DNA of 32,000 bases from an uncultured bacterium. Its GTDB lineage: Bacteria; Patescibacteriota; Gracilibacteria; UBA1369; PNNO01. Numbering within the stretch: the stretch's first letter is position 1; every line of letters begins with the position of its first letter. Location of the stretch: contig OY969931.1 of the NCBI GenBank assembly GCA_963704705.1, positions 960,001-992,000 of the forward strand, in the 5' to 3' direction. The translations under genes were made by a program, and so were the position numbers. Below are positions 9,847 to 17,451 of this stretch, piece after piece. The notes beneath the pieces were generated by a model. The model made no database searches and was not told the DNA's origin. It worked only from the letters and a program-made list of their open reading frames with translations.

Positions 9847-10215
9847 TTAAAACATATCTTCGAGATCCATCACTACCCATTGATCTGATGTATCCGGTTT
9901 ACGTTTAAGTTTTATTTCTATAATAGGCCTTGAAAGCTGTTCAAAACTTTTACTATGCCCGCCTCCAACAACACGAACTGTTTTAACAATGCGTGTAATT
10001 TCAAAATCCATTCTGTTTAAATTAAATTCCACAACACGTTGTTCCCCTATTTCAACCTCTTCTCTTCCAAGGTCAATAAATAAAGGACTAGTTTCATCTT
10101 TAACGATATCAGCACCTGCTGCTTTTACTCTTTTAATTATTTCTTCAAAACGATCTTCCGCTGCAGAGCCTGCGGTATCATCAATTTCTCTCATTGGTTT
10201 GTCATCTGAATGCAC
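9847..10215 (-). CDS. Hypothetical protein, 122 aa, upstream of the flavocytochrome gene
   Basis: Intact ORF, same strand and tightly spaced with the downstream redox genes. No family recognised. Confidence 0.6.
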   Translation of the reverse strand: MHSDDKPMREIDDTAGSAAEDRFEEIIKRVKAAGADIVKDETSPLFIDLGREEVEIGEQRVVEFNLNRMDFEITRIVKTVRVVGGGHSKSFEQLSRPIIEIKLKRKPDTSDQWVVMDLEDMF

Positions 10216-10233
10216 GATATAAGGGGTTAAAAT

Positions 10234-10307
10234 TGGCTGGGGATGAGGGATTCGAACCCCCGATCACGGGACCAGAACCCGTTGCCTTACCACTTGGCCA
10301 ATCCCCA
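10234..10307 (-). tRNA. tRNA-Gln (anticodon CTG), CCA encoded
   Basis: Reverse complement TGGGGATTGGCCAAGTGGTAAGGCAACGGGTTCTGGTCCCGTGATCGGGGGTTCGAATCCCTCATCCCCAGCCA. 7-bp acceptor TGGGGAT/ATCCCCA, anticodon loop TTCTGGT, T-loop TTCGAAT. Confidence 0.96.
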
Positions 10308-10310
10308 CTG

Positions 10311-10916
10311 TTAATTACTAATTGTTACAATTTCATCCAAAATCACTTTTTCAACATCATGTACGCATTTTGATATTTGATTGTTCAAACTTGGAATCTG
10401 ATAATCGCTGATTTCCCCTCCTATTTCAAACTCCCGTTCAGCGCTTTCCATTCTTCTTTTTATCTCTTCTTCGGGTAGTTTACCACGTTTTTGGATTCGA
10501 TCAATTAAATCCTTTTTATTAGGTACAGTTAGAAATATTGAAACCAAATTATTTTTCGGGATTACTTTTTGAATAGATTCCAATCCCTGCATATCTACTT
10601 CTCTTATGATAATTCTTCCCTGCTTAAGAGCTTCAATAATCGGAGCCTTTATTGTTCCATAATATTCTTCCTGGTGCACAATGGCATATTCCAATAAATC
10701 CTTTTCTTCTATCATTTTTTCAAATTCTTTTCTTGAAATGAAATGATATGTTTCACCATCTTTCTCTCCTGGACGCGGATCTCGTGTTGTTGCTGAAATC
10801 GGATATATCCATTCAGGATGAAGTTTCTTTAAATGGCTTATAACAGTACCTTTTCCAACACCCGAAGGTCCTGCGATAATAAATAATTTTCCGGTTAAGT
10901 CAGTATCTTCAATCAT
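10311..10916 (-). CDS. gmk: Guanylate kinase
   Basis: LFIIAGPSGVGKGTV P-loop, SATTRDPRPGEKDGETYHF, REVDMQGLESIQKV. Confidence 0.95.
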   Translation of the reverse strand: MIEDTDLTGKLFIIAGPSGVGKGTVISHLKKLHPEWIYPISATTRDPRPGEKDGETYHFISRKEFEKMIEEKDLLEYAIVHQEEYYGTIKAPIIEALKQGRIIIREVDMQGLESIQKVIPKNNLVSIFLTVPNKKDLIDRIQKRGKLPEEEIKRRMESAEREFEIGGEISDYQIPSLNNQISKCVHDVEKVILDEIVTISN

Positions 10917-10974
10917 ATAATTAAATTATTAGCTTTTTTATTATAAATACTTTAAAAAAAATTGCCAGTGTGTA

Positions 10975-11003
10975 TTGAATTTTCCCCTTTTTAATGCTAT
11001 AAT
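10975..11003 (+). promoter_or_regulatory. Sigma70-like promoter for the structured intergenic RNA
   Basis: TTGAAT (10975-10980), 17-nt spacer, TATAAT (10998-11003), plus strand. Predicted start near 11010. Confidence 0.72.
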
Positions 11004-11009
11004 GTAAAG

Positions 11010-11547
11010 ATTTTATGATATTTGAAATACAGAAACAAATACGCACATTAAAACAAAAGCCGGGAGAGAGCGGATTATGAAGCCATTTCATAATCTTTCC
11101 CCTCCTTACTTTTCGATGGCAGCCGGCTACTGCCACTTGAGAAGTATTCTCCTTTATTAGGCCTTTACGGCCTAATATAAGGTAGCTTCTTTGATTCACA
11201 AAAATCAAAAACAAAAGAAACAAAAAAAATTGCTCCATATTTATATGGGCAACCAAAACAAAAACACAAAAAAAGACGATGGTGGATCCGTCAAAAAATA
11301 ATCCATCCAAAGAACGGTAAGGAGATGGTCTTAATTTAAGTTTTCTTAAAAGACCACCCGTAACAAGACATTTTAGTCGAACTTGTTACACCGCTCTCTG
11401 ATCCCATAGCGTCCCAGTTACTTTAAGTAATTGATGTGGCACTATGAGAGATTAAAGAGCTATATGTTGAGGCGTACCTCACACTTCTGCATCTCCACCG
11501 CTTAACGCGGCCTTGCATGTGTAAAAGGGGTGCGCCTCAAAATTTTT
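11010..11547 (+). ncRNA. Candidate large structured noncoding RNA (~535 nt), family unknown
   Basis: Own promoter; nested long-range helices 11065-11072/11392-11399 and 11102-11109/11317-11324; local hairpins 11073-11095, 11117-11135, 11141-11189, 11190-11209, 11230-11252, 11281-11307, 11326-11356, 11360-11389, 11405-11446; 3' domain closed by 11469-11478/11529-11538, then AAAATTTTT. A-rich linkers; no credible plus-strand ORF. Confidence 0.72.
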
Positions 11548-12112
11548 ATGCTTTGCCTAAAGTTTTATCCCCTTCTTTCCAACCCACAGGACATAAATCA
11601 CCTGTCTGAAAGGCTTTTATTAATCTGATTAATTCATCAATGTTTCTGCCGATATTTAAATCATTTACCGTATAAGATTTTAGAATTCCTTCCGGATCGA
11701 TAATAAATGCGCCTCTTAAACTTATGCCTTTTTCAGGTTCCAAAACATTATACGAGTGACTTACAAATTTTGTAATATCACTTAACAATGGATAATTTAA
11801 TTCTCCAATGTCAGTTTTTGACCAGGCTTCATGTGAATAAACACTATCCACACTAACCCCAAGAATCTGGCAATTAACTTCTTTAAACTCTTTGTGTTTT
11901 TTACTTAATTCAACAAGTTCAGTTGGACAAACAAAAGTAAAATCAAGCGGGTAAAAGAAAAGTAAAACCCACTGACCTTTGTAATCATCCAAATGATAAT
12001 TTTTCATACTCCCCTTAAAAAAACCTTCCATTTTAAATTTTGGAGCAAGTTTTCCTATTTGGAGACAACAATCAGATTCACAACATGAATCTTCATCATT
12101 ACAACATCCCAT
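11546..12112 (-). CDS. Typical 2-Cys peroxiredoxin (AhpC/Prx1 type)
   Basis: 188 aa. FYPLDFTFVCPTE (peroxidatic Cys), GVSVDS, RGAFIIDPEG, GDLCPVGW (resolving Cys). Confidence 0.93.
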   Translation of the reverse strand: MGCCNDEDSCCESDCCLQIGKLAPKFKMEGFFKGSMKNYHLDDYKGQWVLLFFYPLDFTFVCPTELVELSKKHKEFKEVNCQILGVSVDSVYSHEAWSKTDIGELNYPLLSDITKFVSHSYNVLEPEKGISLRGAFIIDPEGILKSYTVNDLNIGRNIDELIRLIKAFQTGDLCPVGWKEGDKTLGKA

Positions 12113-12249
12113 AATAGCTTTGGTTAAATAATAATAGAAATATTAAGAATTGTTCTTAACTAAGATTTTAATATATCAAGTCAAAAATATCAATAAAACT
12201 TGACCTCATTATATATAAAACATACTATTATAAAAGATAAACAAATTTT

Positions 12250-12693
12250 ATGGCCTCAGTATTAATTATATTTGGAAGTACAGGTGGCAACACCGAACTT
12301 GTAACAGATAAAGTTACTGAGATTTTAACATCAAAAAAACATAAAGTTACTGTTCAACGAGCGGAATTAACAAACGAATCAGACCTGACAAAGTTCAAAT
12401 ATATAATTTTGTGTTCTTCAACATATGGACAAGGACTCTTACAGGAATACATGCGTAAATTTATGTATGAACTAAAATCGTTAAAGGGGAAAAAATGTGC
12501 TGTAATAGGGCTTGGTGACCCAAAATATAATATTGAATATGTAGTTGAAGCTGCGAAAATACTTGAAAATGATGTTAAAGAAAAAGGCGGAGAACTTTTA
12601 CAAACAGCTCTTCGAATTATAAAATCCCCTGTGCCCCATTTAGATACAATGGTTAAAGACTGGGCTGAAAAATTATCTAAGTTACTTAAATAA
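12250..12693 (+). CDS. Flavodoxin
   Basis: 147 aa. FGSTGGNTELV FMN phosphate loop, CSSTYGQG, AVIGLGDPKY. Confidence 0.9.
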   Translation: MASVLIIFGSTGGNTELVTDKVTEILTSKKHKVTVQRAELTNESDLTKFKYIILCSSTYGQGLLQEYMRKFMYELKSLKGKKCAVIGLGDPKYNIEYVVEAAKILENDVKEKGGELLQTALRIIKSPVPHLDTMVKDWAEKLSKLLK

Positions 12694-14442
12694 ATGAAAA
12701 GAACCGTTATAAAAATTGCAGGTGAAAGTGGTATGGGTCTACTAAGTGTGGGCCAGATAATCTCAAAAGCCCTAAAAGATTTAGGTTATTATGTTGTTTC
12801 AGATCGCGAATTCCCATCATTAATTAAAGGTGGTTATTCAAATGTGCAAATTGACTTTAGTACTGAAGAAATTCGAAGTCTTTCAGAAAAAGTAGATATT
12901 GTTGTTGCTTTGGATCGTCATGGCCTCGTAGAATACATTGATGATATAAAAAAAGGCGGAATACTAATTCACGGATATGAAAGACATCAACTGGTTCCGG
13001 AATTAAAAGAGAAATGTAAAAAAAGAGGAGTTAAAATTTATTATTTACCTGCGCGTGAAATTGCATACGGCCTCGGGGGCAGCAGTTTAATGGTTAATAT
13101 GGTATTAATGGGGCTTTTATGGAGAATGCTTGGATTTGATTTAAAAGAGGTTGAAGATGATGTTATAAGAAAATTTAAATCTAAACCAAAATTATTAGAA
13201 ATTGATCTTAAATGTATCAAGTATGGTTACAATCCAAAAAATCACATGAAAACTGTACCGCAATTGAAGATTAAAAAACCTAATAAAAAACTTAAAAAAA
13301 TATTAATTGATGGAACAACAGCGATTTCGCTTGGGGCAATACAAGGTGGAATGAGAGCGTATTATGCTTATCCGATGAGTCCTTCTAGTGGTATTTTAAC
13401 ATATATTGCTGCAACTTCTCATGAAACAGGTGTAATTGTTAAACAGGCTGAAGATGAAATTACTGCTGCACAACTTGCAATGGGATCAATGCATGTTGGC
13501 TGCCGTGCAATGGTGGCAACTTCAGGTGGCGGATTTGATTTAATGACTGAGTCTGTTTCTTGTTCCGGTATAACCGAAACACCTTTAGTAATAATAATTG
13601 GACAAAGACCCGGGCCCGGCACAGGTTTACCTACCTGGACTTGTCAGGCAGATTTGGATTTGGCAATAAATGCTGGGCATGGAGAACATCCAAGAATCGT
13701 GTTAGCTTGTGGTGACCCTATAAGTTCATATGAATTAATACAACATGCATTCAATTTTGCAGAAGAATATCAGACTCCTACAATTGTACTAAGTGAAAAG
13801 CATGTATATGACTGCCACATGACAGTTGATCATTTTAAACATAAATTGATTCCAATTAAACGTGGCTTGATTACAAAACAATCAGAATTAGCTAAATTAC
13901 AACCTTCTGACAGATATAAATTAACTGAATCAGGCGTATCACCACGCTGGGTGCCTGGAACAAGCAAGGCTCATTACCATGCAAACAGTGATGAACACGA
14001 AACTGACGGGACTATAACAGAAGAATCCGGACCAGTTATAGAAATGATTCAAAAAAGACATATAAGAAAATTTGAAACAATTAAAAAGAATTTACCTGAA
14101 CCGCGAATTTTTGGAGTAAAGAAAGGTGCAGATATTTCTTTTATTGGCTGGGGAAGTTCAATGAATGCGATGAGAGATGCAATTAATGCACAAAAGAAAA
14201 GAGGCAAAAATGTTAATTATATGCACTTTGATTTCGTGTGGCCAATTAAGGATAAAGCCGCGCTTAAATTCTTTAAAGAAAATAAAAACGTACATTTAAT
14301 TGAAGGGAACCTTCACGGACAACTTGGAAGATTGATTGAATCTCAAACAGGACAAAAATTTAAATCTAAATTCTTAAAATATGACGGCAGACCATTTTAT
14401 TTTGAAGACGTCATGAATTACATTGATAAACGCATAAAATAA
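12694..14442 (+). CDS. korA: 2-oxoacid:acceptor oxidoreductase, fused gamma-alpha subunit
   Basis: 582 aa. N-terminal GESGMGLLSVG gamma domain; AYYAYPMSPSSGIL alpha-subunit motif; GWGSSMNAMRDA. Starts directly after the flavodoxin stop. Confidence 0.88.
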   Translation: MKRTVIKIAGESGMGLLSVGQIISKALKDLGYYVVSDREFPSLIKGGYSNVQIDFSTEEIRSLSEKVDIVVALDRHGLVEYIDDIKKGGILIHGYERHQLVPELKEKCKKRGVKIYYLPAREIAYGLGGSSLMVNMVLMGLLWRMLGFDLKEVEDDVIRKFKSKPKLLEIDLKCIKYGYNPKNHMKTVPQLKIKKPNKKLKKILIDGTTAISLGAIQGGMRAYYAYPMSPSSGILTYIAATSHETGVIVKQAEDEITAAQLAMGSMHVGCRAMVATSGGGFDLMTESVSCSGITETPLVIIIGQRPGPGTGLPTWTCQADLDLAINAGHGEHPRIVLACGDPISSYELIQHAFNFAEEYQTPTIVLSEKHVYDCHMTVDHFKHKLIPIKRGLITKQSELAKLQPSDRYKLTESGVSPRWVPGTSKAHYHANSDEHETDGTITEESGPVIEMIQKRHIRKFETIKKNLPEPRIFGVKKGADISFIGWGSSMNAMRDAINAQKKRGKNVNYMHFDFVWPIKDKAALKFFKENKNVHLIEGNLHGQLGRLIESQTGQKFKSKFLKYDGRPFYFEDVMNYIDKRIK

Positions 14443-14443
14443 T

Positions 14444-15358
14444 ATGCCAACAAACGATATAAAATCAGTATTAAACGGACTTTCTCAAAAAAAAGACTCA
14501 TATGTGAGATTTGTTAACGATGAAGTAATAACGTGGTGCAGCGGTTGCGGAAATTATCAAATTCAAAACGCATTAAAACGAGCTTTAACATTAGAAAGTT
14601 ATACTCCTGATAAAGTAATGATGAGTTTTGATATCGGATGTAATGGAAACGGAGCTGATAAAATCGCAGTGAATACTTTCCACGGACTTCATGGTCGTGC
14701 TTTACCTCTTGGTGCCGGAGCTTCTATGGGAAACACTAAATTAAAAGTTATCGCATCTGCTGGTGATGGCGGGACAATGAGTGAAGGTATCAATCATTTG
14801 ATTCATTGTATGCGCAGTGAGTACCCAATGATGTTTATTTTGCATAATAACCACAATTACGGCCTCACAACTGGTCAGGCATCTGCATGTACTCCAAAAG
14901 GTTATCCAATGAACGGATCACCAGATGGGCAACTTTTAGAGCCGATGAATCCCAGCGAATTTGTTTTAAATTTAAATCCTTCTTTTGTTGCAAGATCTTT
15001 TAGCGGAGATATTAAACATATGACAAGAATGTTTAGGAAAGCATTAAATCATAAGGGTTTTGCATTTGTTGAAGTTTTACAAACATGTCCAACTTACAAT
15101 AAAGCAACACCTCAGGAATGGTATTGGGAAAGAATTAAATATTTGGAAGATGTTAAGGGCTGGAATGCAAATAATTTGGAAAAAGCAAAACAATATATTA
15201 AAGATTACGAAAAAAATATTTACTTAGGTTTATTTTATGAAAATAAAAACGCAGTAGACTATGTTCATAAATTACCTTATTTAAGCGATTATCAAGGTAA
15301 CCCTGCTGATGAAGTAAAACATTTTGATATAAGTAAGCTTCTTAAAAAGTTTGAGTAA
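14444..15358 (+). CDS. korB: 2-oxoacid:acceptor oxidoreductase, beta (TPP-binding) subunit
   Basis: 304 aa. WCSGCGNYQIQNAL, HGLHGRALPLGAGASMGN, GDGGTMSEGINHLIH and NHNYGLTTGQASACTPKG. Confidence 0.92.
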   Translation: MPTNDIKSVLNGLSQKKDSYVRFVNDEVITWCSGCGNYQIQNALKRALTLESYTPDKVMMSFDIGCNGNGADKIAVNTFHGLHGRALPLGAGASMGNTKLKVIASAGDGGTMSEGINHLIHCMRSEYPMMFILHNNHNYGLTTGQASACTPKGYPMNGSPDGQLLEPMNPSEFVLNLNPSFVARSFSGDIKHMTRMFRKALNHKGFAFVEVLQTCPTYNKATPQEWYWERIKYLEDVKGWNANNLEKAKQYIKDYEKNIYLGLFYENKNAVDYVHKLPYLSDYQGNPADEVKHFDISKLLKKFE

Positions 15359-15902
15359 TCATTTCTAAAAAATATTTGTGAATTTTTATGTCATCAGTTA
15401 ATTCAGGGTGAAATGTTGATGCCAAATAGTGATTTTGTCTGACAAGAACAATTTCATTTTTTGAATTTCGGGCCAAAATTTCAACATTTTTACCAACTTT
15501 TTTTATTTTAGGAGCTCTGATAAAAATTCCGTGAAATTCGATCCCTTTAAATTTAAAATTATCTTCAAAACTATCAAGTTGGCTGCCATAAGCGTTTCTT
15601 TCAACATCCATATCGATAAGCCCCTGTTGTGCTAACAGTATAGCTCCTGCGCATGTGCCAAAAATAGGTAGCTTTTTCATTGCTGTTTTGATTTCACCTA
15701 TAAGTAAATTCATAGTTGTACTCTCCCCTCCCGGAATTATTAAACCATCTAAATTTTTTAAATCATTTTTAGTTCTAACTTCATATATTTTTACTCTGAG
15801 TTTCTTTAAAATTTGAATATGTTCAAAAAAAGCACCCTGTAAAGCAAGTACTCCAATTTTTAATTTACCATCCTCTTTCTGCATATTTATGGTCAAGTTC
15901 AT
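15342..15902 (-). CDS. pdxT: Pyridoxal 5'-phosphate synthase glutaminase subunit PdxT
   Basis: [38 protein letters not shown] (Cys nucleophile), ASTFHPELT. The true start may be the internal Met at about 15884. Confidence 0.95.
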   Translation of the reverse strand: MNLTINMQKEDGKLKIGVLALQGAFFEHIQILKKLRVKIYEVRTKNDLKNLDGLIIPGGESTTMNLLIGEIKTAMKKLPIFGTCAGAILLAQQGLIDMDVERNAYGSQLDSFEDNFKFKGIEFHGIFIRAPKIKKVGKNVEILARNSKNEIVLVRQNHYLASTFHPELTDDIKIHKYFLEMITQTF

Positions 15903-16740
15903 CGATTAATTTACTTTCCATTGCTTCTCCTAAATTCTCTGAAACTCTAGCTAAAATTACAGGATCGTTAAAATGAGTTGTTGCTTCAACAATTGCTTTT
16001 GCACGTTTTTTGGGATCACTGGATTTAAAAATTCCGGATCCGACAAACACACCATCAACCCCCAATTGCATCATTAATGCGGCATCTGCAGGCGTTGCAA
16101 TTCCACCTGCAGCAAAATTAACAACAGGTAAACGTCCTAATTTACATACTTCATTTACCAGACTTAATGGTACTCTTTCTTTTTTTGCCCAATCTGCGCG
16201 TTTTTTTTCGTTTGATTTTTTAAGCATTTGAATTTCATCATTTACTGTCCTTGCGTGACGTACAGCTTCAACTACATTTCCTGTGCCGGCTTCACCTTTA
16301 GTACGCATCATTGCAGCGCCTTCATCAATTCTGCGAAGTGCTTCACCCAGATATGTACATCCGCATACAAAAGGCACTTGAAATTCATTTTTATTAATAT
16401 GAAATCTTTCATCAGCTGGTGTTAAAACTTCACTTTCATCAATATAATCAACTTCTAAAGCCTGTAATATCTGCGCTTCAACAAAATGTCCAATTCTTAC
16501 TTTAGCCATTACCGGTATTGAAACCGCTTTTTTTATCTCTTTTATTAATTTTGGATCACTCATTCTGGCAACCCCGCCTTGTTTCCTGATATCAGATGGA
16601 ACTCTTTCAAGAGCCATTACAGCGCATGCTCCGGCTTCCTCAGCTATTTTTGCCTGTTCAGCCGTAACAACATCCATAATTACTCCTCCCTTAAACATCT
16701 GAGCTAATCCTTTTTTTAATTTTAGAGTGTTTTTCTTCAT
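15865..16740 (-). CDS. pdxS: Pyridoxal 5'-phosphate synthase subunit PdxS
   Basis: [77 protein letters not shown]. Confidence 0.98.
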   Translation of the reverse strand: MKKNTLKLKKGLAQMFKGGVIMDVVTAEQAKIAEEAGACAVMALERVPSDIRKQGGVARMSDPKLIKEIKKAVSIPVMAKVRIGHFVEAQILQALEVDYIDESEVLTPADERFHINKNEFQVPFVCGCTYLGEALRRIDEGAAMMRTKGEAGTGNVVEAVRHARTVNDEIQMLKKSNEKKRADWAKKERVPLSLVNEVCKLGRLPVVNFAAGGIATPADAALMMQLGVDGVFVGSGIFKSSDPKKRAKAIVEATTHFNDPVILARVSENLGEAMESKLIDELDHKYAERGW

Positions 16741-16830
16741 AAAAATTCTTTAAATGCGTAAGTATTATATATAAAGTTGCTTTTTGATCAATTAAAAAAT
16801 ATTATAAATAATGTTATTAACCTAAAAAAA

Positions 16831-17367
16831 ATGAATCCTATAGATTTATTAATGCAAGAACATGGATTAATTTCAAAAATGATTCAACTTTTTGACAAAG
16901 AAATTGCACGACTTAAAGCAGGAAATGGTGATCATTGTTTTCTGCATTCAGCAATAGATTTTTTTATGTCATATGGTGACAAAACGCATCATGGAAAAGA
17001 AGAAGATATACTTTTCAGGGAAATTGGTCAAAAACCTATCTCAGAAGAAGACAGAAACACAATGGGGATACTTTTGGAGGAACATGTTATGGCACGTGAA
17101 AAAATAAAACATTTAAATGAATTAAATGATAAGCTCATCCAGGGAGATAAAAGTGTACAACCTGAAATTATAACTGCATTAGAAGATTTAGGTTCATTTT
17201 ATTTGCAACATATCGAGAAAGAAAATATTCACTTTTTTATAAGTGCAAAACAATATTTTAATGATGAAGAATGGGAATTGATGATGAAAGAATTTGCTGA
17301 ATTTGATAGAAGCATGATTCATGAAAAGTATAGATCCCTTATTGCAGAGCTTGAAGCAAAAAACTAA
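16831..17367 (+). CDS. Hemerythrin HHE-domain protein
   Basis: LLMQEHGLISKM, DKTHHGKEEDILF, LEEHVMAREKI, FYLQHIEKENIHFF. The ORF track starts at 16777, but ATG 16831 (MNPIDLLMQEH) is the likelier start. Confidence 0.88.
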   Translation: MNPIDLLMQEHGLISKMIQLFDKEIARLKAGNGDHCFLHSAIDFFMSYGDKTHHGKEEDILFREIGQKPISEEDRNTMGILLEEHVMAREKIKHLNELNDKLIQGDKSVQPEIITALEDLGSFYLQHIEKENIHFFISAKQYFNDEEWELMMKEFAEFDRSMIHEKYRSLIAELEAKN

Positions 17368-17451
17368 GAGTTGACTAAATTGACATTTACTTTTATAATC
17401 TATCCGCTTTGAAACAATTTTGGTTCAAAGTAGTTTATTATATTTGGAAAT

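Noticed and set aside
9989-10222. 77-aa ORF on the plus strand
   Set aside because: Antisense shadow of the 122-aa minus-strand ORF.
10921-11310. 129-aa ORF on the minus strand (MDGLFFDGSTIVFF...)
   Set aside because: It has low-complexity hydrophobic composition and no family resemblance. It lies antisense to the structured RNA, whose promoter and G-U wobble pattern both indicate the plus strand.
11058-11400. Group I/II intron or other mobile ribozyme
   Set aside because: There is no intron-encoded protein, no domain V or P7-like core, and no interrupted gene. The region sits between two intact genes.
11010-11547. tmRNA, RNase P RNA or SRP RNA as the identity of the structured region
   Set aside because: I found no tRNA-like ends or ALAA-type tag, no GAGGAAAGUCC/ACAGAA P4 signatures, and no GGAAG-type SRP apical motif on either strand. 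A covariance-model search is still needed for certainty.
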